The position numbers and the translations under genes were made by a program. Positions 40,187 to 50,930 of a stretch of 64,000 bases of DNA are shown here, in pieces. This DNA is from Rhodothermales bacterium (GTDB lineage Bacteria; Bacteroidota; Rhodothermia; Rhodothermales; Bin80): assembly GCA_965220365.1 (NCBI GenBank), contig OZ244823.1:7125-71124 (forward strand), read 5' to 3'. The notes under the pieces are model-generated. The model saw nothing but the letters and a program-made list of their open reading frames with translations, did no database searches and was not told where the DNA came from. Position 1 is the stretch's first letter. Each line of letters starts with the position of its first letter.

Positions 40187-40894
40187 TCAGGCCGGCACCT
40201 TACCAAAACGACGCTGCCGCTTCTGGAATGCACAAAGGGCCGTATCGAGTTTCGTTCCGTCAAAATCCGGCCAGTAATCCGGCATAAAATAGAGTTCTGC
40301 ATAGGCGCATTCCCAAAGCAGAAAATCGCTCAGGCGTTGTTCCCCACCGGTTCGTATGAGAAGATCTACATCCGGTACAAGGCTGTCTGCATTGTAAGCC
40401 CGCATGAGTGCCTGCAGGAAATCACCATTCCCGTTATTCCCAACATGCTGTGCTGCCCGCGTGAGAGAATCCCGAGCAGAATAATCAATCGCCAAACGCA
40501 GGTGCAGAGCCGTACCATGCATGGTGCGGGCTTCGGCACGCAGGACGGCCTGCAAGACCGGGTCCGGCAAGCGGTCACGCCTGCCAATGATACTCAGTCG
40601 AATATTTCGCCGAACACAACGGGCCGCCTGACTGGGCAACTGTGCCGCCAGAATCCGCATCAGTGCTCTGACTTCACTCTGGGGACGCTGCCAGTTATCC
40701 GACGAAAATGCATACAGTGTCAGCGTATGGATCTGCCGCTCAACGGCGGCCTCAACCGTTTCTCTGAGCGATCGAACCCCGGCGTGATGTCCTGCTGTAC
40801 GCGGAAGGCCACGCTCAGTGGCCCAGCGGCCATTGCCATCCATGATGATCGCAACATGCAGTCGATCGGTCATCGTTTCTTGGTCTGTCGTCAT
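40187..40894 (-). CDS. uppS: Undecaprenyl diphosphate synthase (cis-prenyltransferase)
   Basis: Start at ATG 40894 (MTTDQETMTDRLHVAIIMDGNGRWA). SDNWQRP, RTGGEQRLSDFLLWE and ELYF blocks. Confidence 0.9.
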   Translation of the reverse strand: MTTDQETMTDRLHVAIIMDGNGRWATERGLPRTAGHHAGVRSLRETVEAAVERQIHTLTLYAFSSDNWQRPQSEVRALMRILAAQLPSQAARCVRRNIRLSIIGRRDRLPDPVLQAVLRAEARTMHGTALHLRLAIDYSARDSLTRAAQHVGNNGNGDFLQALMRAYNADSLVPDVDLLIRTGGEQRLSDFLLWECAYAELYFMPDYWPDFDGTKLDTALCAFQKRQRRFGKVPA

Positions 40895-40984
40895 GCGTGG
40901 TCTACCGAAATTGCAGTGCACTGCCTTGAATCGGGAGCGGTGGCGGAGCACATCCCCTCCGTGAGCGACAGTTGCACGTTCATG

Positions 40985-41317
40985 TCAATTTGAAAAATCA
41001 TCCTCATCAATAGTCACAGACCGAGCCACCTGGAGCATATGCTCCATTTGCTCTACATACGAAAGAAGAGCCTCGGTCCCCTTGGAGGTCAAACGATATT
41101 CTGTATGCGGCATTCGGCCCTGAAAAGATTTTATACATTCGATATAACCTGCCTTCTCTAATTTTTGAGCGTGGCGACTCAAATTGCCATCCGACGTGCT
41201 GAGAAGTACTTTCAGATCCCTGAAACTAAGGGTTTCGCCAGCTGCCAAAGCACTCACAATCCCGAGACGCACCCGCGCATGAATCAAGGGATCCAGGTTT
41301 TTTCGCAGCACTCTCAT
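40985..41317 (-). CDS. Small winged-helix (ArsR/MarR-like) transcriptional regulator
   Basis: Start at ATG 41317 (MRVLRKNLDPLIHARVRLGIVSAL...). wHTH core SFRDLKVLLSTSDGNLSRHAQKLEKAGYI. Lies 16 nt downstream of the membrane-protein gene. Confidence 0.7.
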   Translation of the reverse strand: MRVLRKNLDPLIHARVRLGIVSALAAGETLSFRDLKVLLSTSDGNLSRHAQKLEKAGYIECIKSFQGRMPHTEYRLTSKGTEALLSYVEQMEHMLQVARSVTIDEDDFSN

Positions 41318-41333
41318 CGAACTGAAAAAAAAT

Positions 41334-41942
41334 TTACCCTCCATATCTCCGCGCGATATACAGTCCAAACCCAATATGCAGCCCCCCAAAACTGAGTGCC
41401 AGCAACAGATGCATCCAGGCAGGTGGAAGAAAGAGGGAGATAATCCCCATCACCATAAAACAGATGCCCAAAATGGGGATGATTCGGACACTGCTTGTCC
41501 CCCCTGTAATCGTACCTGCACCATAGAACAGAAGCCACAGCGTAGCCAGAAGATCCTGACTGCCTGCCTGCCATAAGGCAACCGTGAACAGCAACCCCGC
41601 CACCATGGATGGGGCAAGCGTCAAAATGTACTTGCGGCCGGGACCACTGGTAAGGGATACACCACATTCTCGCGCCTTCCTGCGCAGTGTCCAGATGGCG
41701 ATAGTCGTCGCGACCACTGCTTCAATAAACCAGATCATCAAGATTCCATCCGATGTGGCCTGCATGGAAGCAATCCAGGATGCAAGTACCGCAGTAATCC
41801 CGACAGCTACCATGCCCCACCCAGGCACCGCCGTGAATGAAGCGGAACGTTCCATCACATCGCGAATAAATCGTAGATGCTCGCTTGCCTGATTCTGAGA
41901 GTTCTCTGTGCGACTCGGTATCGGTCCGTATTCTATGCGCAT
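41334..41942 (-). CDS. Hypothetical polytopic membrane protein (5-6 TM), likely co-transcribed with the wHTH regulator
   Basis: 202 aa. The hydrophobic helix pattern is clear, but I recognise no family motif. Confidence 0.55.
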   Translation of the reverse strand: MRIEYGPIPSRTENSQNQASEHLRFIRDVMERSASFTAVPGWGMVAVGITAVLASWIASMQATSDGILMIWFIEAVVATTIAIWTLRRKARECGVSLTSGPGRKYILTLAPSMVAGLLFTVALWQAGSQDLLATLWLLFYGAGTITGGTSSVRIIPILGICFMVMGIISLFLPPAWMHLLLALSFGGLHIGFGLYIARRYGG

Positions 41943-42039
41943 AGGTTATATACTTTGTAAAGTACTTTATGTTGCAAAGCAATCATTTTTTGCGAATCCA
42001 ACCCCGTCCCCTGTACGTTCAAGCCGTTTCAATTCCTTG

Positions 42040-43185
42040 ATGATGCACACCTTGGATGATTTAGCGACCCCATGTCTGCTCATTGATGAGCAGCGCATGG
42101 AAGCAAATCTTGCACAAATGGCTACAAGGGCCGCAACCGTCGAACTGCGACCGCATACGAAAACCCATAAATCCGTAGCACTTGCAAAGCGTCAACTCAA
42201 GCACGGTGCCAATGGGATCACCGTAGCGAAAGTCAGCGAAGCTGAGAAATTTGTTCAGCATGGCTTTCAGGATGTGCGGATTGCTTATACCGTGGTGGGA
42301 GAAAGGCAACTTGAGCACCTGATCAAACTCGCACACCAGGCTCGCATTTCTTTTTGCATCGACAGCGAAGAGGGAGCAAACCGGGCTTCCAGGGCATTCA
42401 CCGAAGCCGGCATTTCTGTTGATGTGCTCCTGGAAATTGACACGGGGCATGGCCGCTGTGGAGTCCCCTATGACCGTGAAGATGTCGTCGCGCTCGCCCT
42501 GAAAATCCAGAAACTGGATGGTTTACATCTGTGCGGGATTCTGACGCACGAAGGAAATGCCTATTCCCGGGATCATGCGGATATAACCGCGATCATGGCC
42601 CAGACACGTGACCGAATGCTTGAGGTTGCCGTCCGGCTGTCCGAAGCTCATTGCGCGGATCCATTCTCCTTCGAAATCAGTATGGGTTCCACGCCCTCCA
42701 TCCATGTTTTTGAAAATGCAGACCTCGGTGGCTTTCAGATTACAGAAGTGCGCCCCGGTAACTATATTTTCAACGACCTGACACAAGTCGAACTCGGGGT
42801 TTGTTCGCTGGATGCATGTGCGCTGACCGTCCTCTCCACGATCGTGAGTCGGCACCGCACTTCCCAGGGTACCGAGCGCTTTGTCTTGGATGCGGGCCGT
42901 AAAGTACTCACCAGCGATACGCTGCAGGGCAGGTCCGATTACGGCTGTATCCTGTATAATCCCCGTGTACGCGCGGCACACCCTCATGCAAAAATCACAG
43001 GGCTTTCAGAAGAACACGGCTGGGGCGAAGTGCAGGGGGGAAGTACCCTGCAAATTGGGGATCGTGTACAGATCGTGCCAAATCATGCATGCGTGGTCGT
43101 AAATATGGTAGATCAAATATTTCTTGTTGGGGAAGGTGCTGCAATTTCGGAAATCATCGTAGACGCACGAGGATGTGTGCTGTAA
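42040..43185 (+). CDS. D-threonine aldolase / D-serine dehydratase (DSD1)-like fold-type III PLP enzyme
   Basis: Start at ATG 42040 (MMHTLDDLATPCLLID). LRPHTKTHKS PLP-lysine block, alanine-racemase-like N-domain and a C-terminal beta domain. Confidence 0.7.
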   Translation: MMHTLDDLATPCLLIDEQRMEANLAQMATRAATVELRPHTKTHKSVALAKRQLKHGANGITVAKVSEAEKFVQHGFQDVRIAYTVVGERQLEHLIKLAHQARISFCIDSEEGANRASRAFTEAGISVDVLLEIDTGHGRCGVPYDREDVVALALKIQKLDGLHLCGILTHEGNAYSRDHADITAIMAQTRDRMLEVAVRLSEAHCADPFSFEISMGSTPSIHVFENADLGGFQITEVRPGNYIFNDLTQVELGVCSLDACALTVLSTIVSRHRTSQGTERFVLDAGRKVLTSDTLQGRSDYGCILYNPRVRAAHPHAKITGLSEEHGWGEVQGGSTLQIGDRVQIVPNHACVVVNMVDQIFLVGEGAAISEIIVDARGCVL

Positions 43186-43200
43186 ACAAAAAGTAGACTC

Positions 43201-44247
43201 ATGCAGGCAGTCATGAAGGTTGCCCCGGGGGTCGGGCATATCGCGGTATCTGAGATCCCGGAGCCTGACCCCGGCCCGAACCAGGTAAAACTCAAGGTAC
43301 ATGCCGCCGGTCTCTGTGGAACGGATTTGCATATCTACCATGACGAGTTTAAGTCCTGCCCACCGGTAGTCCTGGGACACGAAGTCGCTGGAGAAGTAGT
43401 GGCAATCGGTCAGGGAGTCCCCGATAAACTCCTGGGTTCACGGGTAACCTCTGAAACCTATTTTCGCACATGCAATTCCTGTCGCTACTGCCGAGATGGA
43501 CACGCCAATCTTTGCTTGGAAAGGCAATCCATTGGCTCTGCAGTCAATGGGGGATTTGCGGAATATCTTGTCGTTCCCGCCCAGAATGTGCACCGTTTAC
43601 CCGAACACATCTCCTACCGTGAAGGTGCCATCACCGAACCACTAGCCTGTGTTGTACACGGCGTGTTACTCGCCGCACCCACCGTACGAGCTGGCGATTT
43701 GGCTGTCGTAGCCGGTCCAGGGGCAATTGGCCTGCTAACCCTGCAGATCCTCAAGGCCAGCCGTGCAACTGTTGTCGTTTTAGGGACCAGCGCAGATTCG
43801 GACCGCCTGAGCCTAGCAGATGATCTTGGGGCAGATTATGTAGCCAATGTGGAAACAAGAGATATTCACGCACTCATCCAGGATGTATCCCTCCAGGGAC
43901 TGGGAGCAGATGTGGTCTACGAGTGCTCGGGGGCGGGAGCCGCTGCCCAGGAGCTGCTGCGCCTTGTGCGTCGTCGTGGACGGTATGTGCAAGTAGGCCT
44001 GTTCGGAAAATCTATCGCATGGGACCTGGATCAGGTATGCTACAAGGAACTCACGGTGACTGGCAGCAATGCCTCGACACCGGAGTCTTGGATCCGTGCC
44101 ATCCATCTTCTTCAGAACGGCACGGTCAAGACTGGCCCGCTCATTACACACGACTTCACCCTCTCGCAGTGGGAGAATGCATTTCAGGTCTTTACGCAAA
44201 AAAGTGGCGTGAAAGCACTATTTCGGCCTCATTTTGATAGAATTTGA
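43201..44247 (+). CDS. Zn-dependent medium-chain alcohol/polyol dehydrogenase
   Basis: 348 aa. [17 protein letters not shown], structural-Zn Cys cluster [15 protein letters not shown], and GPGAIGL Rossmann motif. Confidence 0.85.
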   Translation: MQAVMKVAPGVGHIAVSEIPEPDPGPNQVKLKVHAAGLCGTDLHIYHDEFKSCPPVVLGHEVAGEVVAIGQGVPDKLLGSRVTSETYFRTCNSCRYCRDGHANLCLERQSIGSAVNGGFAEYLVVPAQNVHRLPEHISYREGAITEPLACVVHGVLLAAPTVRAGDLAVVAGPGAIGLLTLQILKASRATVVVLGTSADSDRLSLADDLGADYVANVETRDIHALIQDVSLQGLGADVVYECSGAGAAAQELLRLVRRRGRYVQVGLFGKSIAWDLDQVCYKELTVTGSNASTPESWIRAIHLLQNGTVKTGPLITHDFTLSQWENAFQVFTQKSGVKALFRPHFDRI

Positions 44248-44316
44248 AGCCTTCCCCTGATTATCCTTAAATTACTGTTCTGTACGATCATTATTTAATC
44301 ATTTCAGTGCTGTTCT

Positions 44317-45570
44317 ATGGCTGATTCATCACTGGGACTTATTGGGCTTAGCTACAAAGCTACTCCGGTAGAAATCCGGGAGAGTTTGACTCTTCTTCCG
44401 CAGCAAAAACTTGATTTTTTTGATGCGGCACGTGCATCCTTTGACGGGTTGGCTGTATTGTCCACCTGTAATCGCGTAGAGTTTTACGGTCATGTGAATG
44501 GATCCGAACCGGCCACGGATGCACTGCAGTCCTTATTGCGTCGTTCCTTTGACTTTTCTACGGCTGAGTCCTATCTCTATTCTAAACAAACTACGGATGC
44601 GGTTCGCCACCTGATGCGTGTGGCCTGTGGCCTGGATTCTATGGTCTTGGGGGAGTCTCAGATTTTGGGTCAGGTACATGACTGCCTTCAGTCTTCGGAG
44701 ACCGCCTCGCTCGCGAGCCCAGAGTTGACCACGGTCTTCAAGGCTGCCATCAAGACCGGAAAGCGTGCTCGCAGCGAAACCGCACTGGGAAAATTCCCCA
44801 TCAGTGTTGCCTCGGTTGCAATTGACCGTATCCTTCTTGAAGCGGGCCCATTGGATGATCTGCATGTCGCGGTCATCGGCACCGGTGAGATGGGCAGCCT
44901 GGCAGGAAAAGTTCTCCGCAAAAAAACGATTGGACGGCTCACTTTTGTCAATCGTTGCCCTGATCGTACAAAAGAGTTAGCTGTGGATTCATGTGCGCAG
45001 GCAGTGCCAATTGAAGAATTGCGGGAAGCTGTTTCAGAAGCGGATGTCGTGATCAGTGCAACAGGTGCTCCGCATATCATCCTTGGACCCGAACATATTA
45101 GACCTCGAAAGAGTCGCCCACTTCTTTTGGTTGACTTGGCGGTTCCAAGAGATATTGACCCGTTCCTGAATGAGCTACCAGACGTAACCCTCCTGGATAT
45201 TGATCATCTTAAAAACGGGATCGCCAGATCAAAGGCTGCCAGGCAGGCAGAAGTGCCCCAGGTAGAAAAAATCATCGAAAAAGAATTAGGCGTTCTTGAT
45301 CAGCGCCTCCAAATGCTGAAGATTGAACCGGTCATTACTGCACTGCGAAAAAAAGCTGAAGCAATCCGGCAAACGGAATTTTCCCAGACCTTGGAGGAAC
45401 TTGGACCGCTGGATACGCAAGTGGTGGAAAAGCTTGAGTATTTTTCGAATGCTCTGGTGAAGAAGTTGCTGCATGATCCGACGCTCCAACTTAGGCATGG
45501 CAATCCTGAACTGGACCCACACACCATTCGTCAACTCTTTGGCTTGCAGGAGTCCCCGTCAGACCAATGA
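44317..45570 (+). CDS. hemA: Glutamyl-tRNA reductase
   Basis: 417 aa. LSTCNRVEFY active-site block, GESQILGQV and the NADPH fold VIGTGEMG. Confidence 0.9.
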   Translation: MADSSLGLIGLSYKATPVEIRESLTLLPQQKLDFFDAARASFDGLAVLSTCNRVEFYGHVNGSEPATDALQSLLRRSFDFSTAESYLYSKQTTDAVRHLMRVACGLDSMVLGESQILGQVHDCLQSSETASLASPELTTVFKAAIKTGKRARSETALGKFPISVASVAIDRILLEAGPLDDLHVAVIGTGEMGSLAGKVLRKKTIGRLTFVNRCPDRTKELAVDSCAQAVPIEELREAVSEADVVISATGAPHIILGPEHIRPRKSRPLLLVDLAVPRDIDPFLNELPDVTLLDIDHLKNGIARSKAARQAEVPQVEKIIEKELGVLDQRLQMLKIEPVITALRKKAEAIRQTEFSQTLEELGPLDTQVVEKLEYFSNALVKKLLHDPTLQLRHGNPELDPHTIRQLFGLQESPSDQ

Positions 45571-46472
45571 CGCGGCAATTAAGAGTAGGCACGCGCCGCT
45601 CTGTGTTGGCAAGAACTCAGACTCGCCATGTCCTCCAACTCCTGAAGGTGATCAGGCCACAACTGGATATCCAGATTCAGACGATCTCAACCATCGGAGA
45701 CCAAACCACAGGCCCACTTCCCACTTCAAACCCCGGTCTCTTTACCAGTACGCTGGAAACCGCACTCCTCAACCACGAGATTGACTTTGCTGTTCACTCT
45801 CTGAAAGATCTCCCGATTGAGCAACCAGAGGAATTGACGATTGCTGCCATCTGCAAGCGACATACAGCTTTTGATGTTTTGGTGACCGAATCCGGTCTGC
45901 CCCTTGATGACCTGCCCCCGGACACTACAGTCGGCACTTCAAGTCTGCGACGTACTGCTCAACTGCTCGCAGCCCGGCCAGACCTCTCAATTGCACCCCT
46001 GCGAGGCAATATTGATACCCGGGTTGAGAAAGTGTTGAGCGGACAACTGCAGGCCATTGTACTTGCAGAAGCTGGTTTATTGAGACTTGGCGTGTCCGAT
46101 AGATACATGTGGAAGATTCCCATGGATCTTATGCTTCCAGCCCCTGCACAAGGGGCCCTCGCTGTGGAGTGCCGGAAGGATGACCTGGAGATCATCCGTA
46201 TTTTAGAATCCATCAACTGTTCTGTAACCTGGACCGCCACCACCGCCGAACGCACGTTCCTTGAAGTCGCTGGAGGAGGCTGTTCGATCCCGGTTGCTGC
46301 CTATGCGGAGCAGATAGATGATGAAATCCATTTAAGTGGTGAAGTGCGGTCCCTGGATGGACACCACAAAATCGCTGTATCGGGAATCGGGACGGATGCG
46401 ATGATGCTAGGAAAACAACTGGCACAAAAAGCACATCAGATGGGTGCCAGGGAGGTGCTGCAACGTGAATAG
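45567..46472 (+). CDS. hemC: Hydroxymethylbilane synthase (porphobilinogen deaminase)
   Basis: 301 aa. LRVGTRRSVLARTQT, HSLKDLP, RGNIDTR and the GGCSIPVAA cofactor-Cys block. ATGA overlap with hemA. Confidence 0.9.
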   Translation: MTRQLRVGTRRSVLARTQTRHVLQLLKVIRPQLDIQIQTISTIGDQTTGPLPTSNPGLFTSTLETALLNHEIDFAVHSLKDLPIEQPEELTIAAICKRHTAFDVLVTESGLPLDDLPPDTTVGTSSLRRTAQLLAARPDLSIAPLRGNIDTRVEKVLSGQLQAIVLAEAGLLRLGVSDRYMWKIPMDLMLPAPAQGALAVECRKDDLEIIRILESINCSVTWTATTAERTFLEVAGGGCSIPVAAYAEQIDDEIHLSGEVRSLDGHHKIAVSGIGTDAMMLGKQLAQKAHQMGAREVLQRE

Positions 46473-47199
46473 CTCTCTTGTCGGGAAACGGATTGCGGTT
46501 ACACGCCCGGCACATCAGTCTGGCACGATGCGCCGGATGCTTGAGGTACGGGGAGCCACGATCGTGGAATTCCCAACCATTCGCATTGAGCCCGCGTCAA
46601 ATCCTAAGCCTTTACTGCAGGCGCTCAGCAAGTTAGCCACATTTGACCGCGTCCTCTTCACCAGCGTGAATGGGGTTACGCATACGTGGCAGCACCTGCA
46701 GCACCCCTGGCCCGACTCGGTAAGCGTCGCAGCAATTGGGCCCGCCACTGCCGCAGCACTCAATTCCCGCGGTGTCACGCCGGATTTTGTCCCATCTGAG
46801 TACGTCGCGGAAGCTCTTGCATCTGGCCTGGGATCTGTCCAAGGCCAATCAATCCTACTGCCACGCGCTTCCAAAGCCCGCCCCGCCCTGGTAGAACTGC
46901 TGCATGCAGGTGGAGCAAAGGTTACCCTCGTGACTGCATACGAAACCCATGTGAACCACCCATCGGATACTGCGTACGCTGCACTTGCAGACGGCGCAGA
47001 TGCCGTTACCTTTACTAGTGGCTCAACCGTTGAGGGCTTCGTCGCTGTTTCTCCAGATCCCAAAATCCCTGTAACTGCAGCCTGTATCGGCCCGATTACG
47101 GCCCAAGTGGCCGCGGATGCCGGATTCAAGGTTGCCGTCGTAGCAAAAACATATACCACTGAAGGTCTCGTAACCGCACTGGAAGAATACTTTGAATAA
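46465..47199 (+). CDS. hemD: Uroporphyrinogen-III synthase
   Basis: GKRIAVTRP start region and FTS.NGV / FTSGSTV repeats of the HemD fold. GTG 46465 overlaps the hemC stop (GTGAATAG). The ORF track starts at GTG 46444. Confidence 0.8.
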   Translation: MNSSLVGKRIAVTRPAHQSGTMRRMLEVRGATIVEFPTIRIEPASNPKPLLQALSKLATFDRVLFTSVNGVTHTWQHLQHPWPDSVSVAAIGPATAAALNSRGVTPDFVPSEYVAEALASGLGSVQGQSILLPRASKARPALVELLHAGGAKVTLVTAYETHVNHPSDTAYAALADGADAVTFTSGSTVEGFVAVSPDPKIPVTAACIGPITAQVAADAGFKVAVVAKTYTTEGLVTALEEYFE

Positions 47200-48178
47200 C
47201 TTGAACAAACATAGACGTCCAAGACGCCTGCGCGTCACCGGTGCTATACGACGAATGGTTCGGGAAACCCGATTGTTTCCGGCAGATTTTATCTATCCCA
47301 TTTTTGTGACACGTGCGCAGGCCGGCCCGATCAAGGGGATGCCGAATCAATTCCGGTATACCATAGATGGTGCTCTGCAAGCAGCGCAAGAGGCGGAAGA
47401 GGCAGGAGCGAGCGGCATTCTTCTTTTTGGAATCCCTGAGTCCAAGGATGCCACCGGGACCCACGCCCTGTCTCCCTCGGGAGTCATACCGGATACCCTT
47501 CAAGCTATCAAGAACGCTGGCATGAACCTGGTACTCATTACCGATGTATGCCTGTGCTCCTATACCTCACACGGACACTGTGGGGTGATCCACGATGGCA
47601 AGTTGTCCAACGACACCACCATTCCCCTGCTGGCCGAGATGGCCCGTATTCATGCAGATAGCGGAGCAGACATTGTTGCACCAAGTGGAATGATGGACCA
47701 CCAAGTAAGTGCAATCCGGGAAATGCTGGACTCAGCGGGCCATCAAGATGTATCCATTCTTTCCTACAGTGCAAAGTATGCATCTGCATTCTATGGTCCC
47801 TTCCGTGATGCAGCGGGTGGAGCCCCCCAATTTGGAGATCGAAAAACCCATCAGATGGACCCCTGTAACGCACAGGAAGCCCTGCGCGAAGTTGCTCTGG
47901 ATATAGAGGAGGGAGCCGACATGATTATGATCAAACCCGCACTAGCCTATCTTGATGTAATTCGTCAAGTTCGAGACCGGTGGCCCGAAGTGCCACTGGT
48001 GGCTTATAATGTAAGCGGGGAGTACTCCATGCTGAAAGCCGCTGCCATGCAAGACTATGTTGATGAATCTGCTGCAATTCTCGAAATCCTCACCAGCATC
48101 CGCCGGGCCGGTGCCCAAAGTATCATTACCTATCATGCACTGGAGGCGGCACGCTTGCTAAATCAACCCTCTCAGTAG
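47192..48178 (+). CDS. hemB: Porphobilinogen synthase (delta-aminolevulinate dehydratase)
   Basis: 328 aa. RPRRLR...RMVRET..., Zn-type Cys cluster DVCLCSYTSHGHCG, Schiff-base Lys regions (MIKPA, YNVSGEYSM). Confidence 0.9.
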   Translation: MNNLNKHRRPRRLRVTGAIRRMVRETRLFPADFIYPIFVTRAQAGPIKGMPNQFRYTIDGALQAAQEAEEAGASGILLFGIPESKDATGTHALSPSGVIPDTLQAIKNAGMNLVLITDVCLCSYTSHGHCGVIHDGKLSNDTTIPLLAEMARIHADSGADIVAPSGMMDHQVSAIREMLDSAGHQDVSILSYSAKYASAFYGPFRDAAGGAPQFGDRKTHQMDPCNAQEALREVALDIEEGADMIMIKPALAYLDVIRQVRDRWPEVPLVAYNVSGEYSMLKAAAMQDYVDESAAILEILTSIRRAGAQSIITYHALEAARLLNQPSQ

Positions 48179-48916
48179 ATGGCTATCGATATACAGGAGA
48201 ATCGGACCGCTGGAGTTGACCTTCGAGAAAAGGGAAAGGATGAGCATTCTGATCATCCCATTTACCATGATGGCCGATTGTATATGCAACTGTTAGTCTT
48301 CACTGGACTGAATGCAAAACCCCAAACCCTGGTTAGATTGATGGAAAAATCCGGGTTCTGTGGTGCATTGTATTCCAGTCTCCATGATCCTAAAGGGATT
48401 GGCTTGCTGACCGTCTCTGAGGATCCTCGGTTTTTTTTGACCGAGCTCCAATCCTTCCTGCACGATAGCGATTTTTCTCGTCTGCAGTGCCGTACCGACT
48501 GGACGATGATCGGTCGCACCTACGCGATTGGATACGAAAACGACCTGGTTGAAACCCTCTTTGAACGCCCAAAGAGATATGTGTGTAATCCCTCCTGGCC
48601 ATGGGCAATCTGGTATCCGCTTCGTCGTTCGGGTGATTTTGAACACTTGAGCACTGACGAGCGTCGGAAAATCCTCATGGAGCATGGTGGAATTGGTCGC
48701 GCATACGGACGAAGCGATCATGCCCATGATATCCGCCTCGCCTGTCACGGACTTGATCAAAACGACAATGATTTTGTGGTGGGGCTTCTGAGCAAGGATT
48801 TACATCCACTGTCTGCAATTATTGAACGGATGCGCAAGACGCAGCAGACTTCACGGTACTTGAGCAGCTTGGGGCCCTTCTTTGTCGGATATACACTCTG
48901 GCAATCTCCCCCCTGA
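48179..48916 (+). CDS. chdC: Chlorite-dismutase-family protein, probable coproheme decarboxylase (ChdC/HemQ)
   Basis: 245 aa. Cld/HemQ-fold blocks WAIWYPLRRS, ERRKILMEHGGIGRAY (proximal His region) and ACHGLDQNDNDFVVGLL. ATG directly abuts the hemB stop, and the gene sits between hemB and hemE. Confidence 0.6.
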   Translation: MAIDIQENRTAGVDLREKGKDEHSDHPIYHDGRLYMQLLVFTGLNAKPQTLVRLMEKSGFCGALYSSLHDPKGIGLLTVSEDPRFFLTELQSFLHDSDFSRLQCRTDWTMIGRTYAIGYENDLVETLFERPKRYVCNPSWPWAIWYPLRRSGDFEHLSTDERRKILMEHGGIGRAYGRSDHAHDIRLACHGLDQNDNDFVVGLLSKDLHPLSAIIERMRKTQQTSRYLSSLGPFFVGYTLWQSPP

Positions 48917-48946
48917 CCGTTATAGATCTCCCAATACTTTTGTCCC

Positions 48947-49975
48947 ATGACCGGACATGAGCGATTTCTGGCTGCATGCCATGGGAAGGCGGTTGACTGC
49001 ACCCCCATCTGGATCATGCGACAGGCTGGCCGTTACCTGCCTGACTATCGTGCACTGCGTCGTCAGTATTCGATGGAATCCGCCCTGAGCACGCCTGCAA
49101 TTGCCGCCGAAATCACCCTCCTCCCCTTGAAGCATTTTGAGCTGGATGCAGCAATCATTTTTTCAGATATCCTGCCACCCCTGGCGGGTATGGGGCTTGA
49201 CCTTTCGTTTGTACCAGATCATGGCCCCTCCATTCAGAACCCACTTCGAACGCCCAAAGCCATCGACATGCTGGGGGTTCCTCCTGCCCAGGAAGCCATG
49301 GCCCCGACGCTGGATGCGATCAAAATTGTCCGTCCTGAACTGGACACATGTAACCTGGCCCTGATTGGATTCGCAGGTGCCCCTTTCACCATGGCCAGCT
49401 ATGCGATCGAAGGAGGGGGCACACGCACCTTCGCACACACGAAAGCATTCATGTATAGCGAGCCCGCGGCCTGGGACCGCCTCATGGTCAAACTCTCTGG
49501 CTTGACCATTGACTACCTCAACGCACAAATCCGTGCCGGGGTGGACTGTGTACAGCTCTTTGACTCATGGGTCGGAGCGCTCAGCCGGTATGATTATGAG
49601 CGCTACGTTAAACCCCACAGCCATCATGTGCTTTCAACCATTGGAAAGAAGGCTCCCGTGATCCATTTCAGCACCAATACGGGCAGCTATCTGGACTTGG
49701 TTGCAGCCGCGGGTGGTCATGTGATCGGGGTTGACTGGCGTATCCCCATTGATGAAGCACAACGACTGGTAAAAAAACCCGTCATGGGAAATTTAGACCC
49801 CTGCACCTTACTCGGGCCGTGGCGTGAGCTGATCCCCCATGCCCAAGATGTGATGCAACGCATTGCAAGGCAGCCAGGCCATATCTTTAACCTCGGGCAT
49901 GGAATCCTGCCAGAAACGCCGGTAGAAAATGTGGCGCGACTGGTGGACTACGTACACAGCTATGACCATGATTAA
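48947..49975 (+). CDS. hemE: Uroporphyrinogen decarboxylase
   Basis: 342 aa. PIWIMRQAGRYLPDYR signature and FSDIL, FDSW blocks. Confidence 0.9.
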   Translation: MTGHERFLAACHGKAVDCTPIWIMRQAGRYLPDYRALRRQYSMESALSTPAIAAEITLLPLKHFELDAAIIFSDILPPLAGMGLDLSFVPDHGPSIQNPLRTPKAIDMLGVPPAQEAMAPTLDAIKIVRPELDTCNLALIGFAGAPFTMASYAIEGGGTRTFAHTKAFMYSEPAAWDRLMVKLSGLTIDYLNAQIRAGVDCVQLFDSWVGALSRYDYERYVKPHSHHVLSTIGKKAPVIHFSTNTGSYLDLVAAAGGHVIGVDWRIPIDEAQRLVKKPVMGNLDPCTLLGPWRELIPHAQDVMQRIARQPGHIFNLGHGILPETPVENVARLVDYVHSYDHD

Positions 49976-50930
49976 TCCTGAAAACCCGATTGGCATTTTA
50001 TTTATGGCCTATGGGGGGCCGGATCGCCTCAAAGATATACCGGGCTACCTAGCTGATATTCGTGCCGGTCGGACGACATCAAAAGCACTGATTGAGGAGA
50101 TTACACGTAATTACCGGTTGATTGGTGGATCTTCTCCACTTTTGGACTTGACCATCGAAACGACCCGCGCTGTAACGGATCTTCTGAATCCACCCAATGG
50201 GCCCACTTGCTTCGAACCCTATTTGGGGATGCGTCACTGGACTCCATGGATTGAAGAAACGGTCGGTCAAATGATTGAGGACGGAATTACCCGGTCCGTC
50301 AGTGTGGTCCTTGCGCCCCAGTACAGTCGGATGAGCATTGCGAAGTATCAGAAAAAAATAGATGCCGGTCTCAACTTCTATCGCGGCCAGATTGATTTTT
50401 CCCATATCCAGAGCTATCACGATGACCCTGGACTGATTGACGCATTTGCCAAACGTGTCCACATTGGCCTGGAGCGATTTCCTGAAGAGGATCGAGCCAG
50501 TGTGCATGTGATCTTCAGTGCCCACAGCCTACCTACACGAATTTTAAAGGAAAACGATCCCTACCCTACTCAATGCTACGAAACTGCCGCGCTGGTTGCA
50601 AAAGCAGCCGGACTGACTCCAGATCAGTGGTCTGGATGTTACCAGTCTGAAGGACGGAGCCCCGAACCATGGCTCGGTCCGCAATTAGAAGATTATCTGG
50701 TTGAGTTAGCTGGCAAGGGGATCCGAAATGTGGTCAGCATTCCTGTGGGTTTTGTGTCTGATCACGTAGAGGTGCTCTACGATATTGATATTGAAGCGCA
50801 GGCCGTTGCGAAAGAACACCATATGCGCCTGGAGCGCCCTCCCTCGCTCAATAGTGATCCCCTTTTTGTTGAGACCCTGGCAAGGTTGATCCGCAAACAG
50901 TCTGTGGATGCTGGCTGGCTGGCCGCATGA
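49968..50930 (+). CDS. hemH: Ferrochelatase family (coproporphyrin ferrochelatase if the pathway is coproporphyrin-dependent)
   Basis: MINPENPIGILFMAYGGP start (ATG 49968 or 49962, overlapping the hemE stop), SAHSLP and FVSDHVEVLYD blocks. Confidence 0.85.
   Translation: MINPENPIGILFMAYGGPDRLKDIPGYLADIRAGRTTSKALIEEITRNYRLIGGSSPLLDLTIETTRAVTDLLNPPNGPTCFEPYLGMRHWTPWIEETVGQMIEDGITRSVSVVLAPQYSRMSIAKYQKKIDAGLNFYRGQIDFSHIQSYHDDPGLIDAFAKRVHIGLERFPEEDRASVHVIFSAHSLPTRILKENDPYPTQCYETAALVAKAAGLTPDQWSGCYQSEGRSPEPWLGPQLEDYLVELAGKGIRNVVSIPVGFVSDHVEVLYDIDIEAQAVAKEHHMRLERPPSLNSDPLFVETLARLIRKQSVDAGWLAA

Noticed and set aside
46515-47222. 235-aa ORF antisense to hemD. Similar long antisense or alternative-frame ORFs occur inside the IS5-like transposase (16778-17797), the IS256-like element (55951-56697 plus strand; the 55438-55890 tail of the 469-aa ORF) and hemA/hemC.
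   Set aside because: They lie opposite or out of frame to genes with clear family motifs. They are Ala/Arg/Ser/Pro-rich, as expected for stop-poor frames in GC-rich DNA, and have no recognisable motifs.
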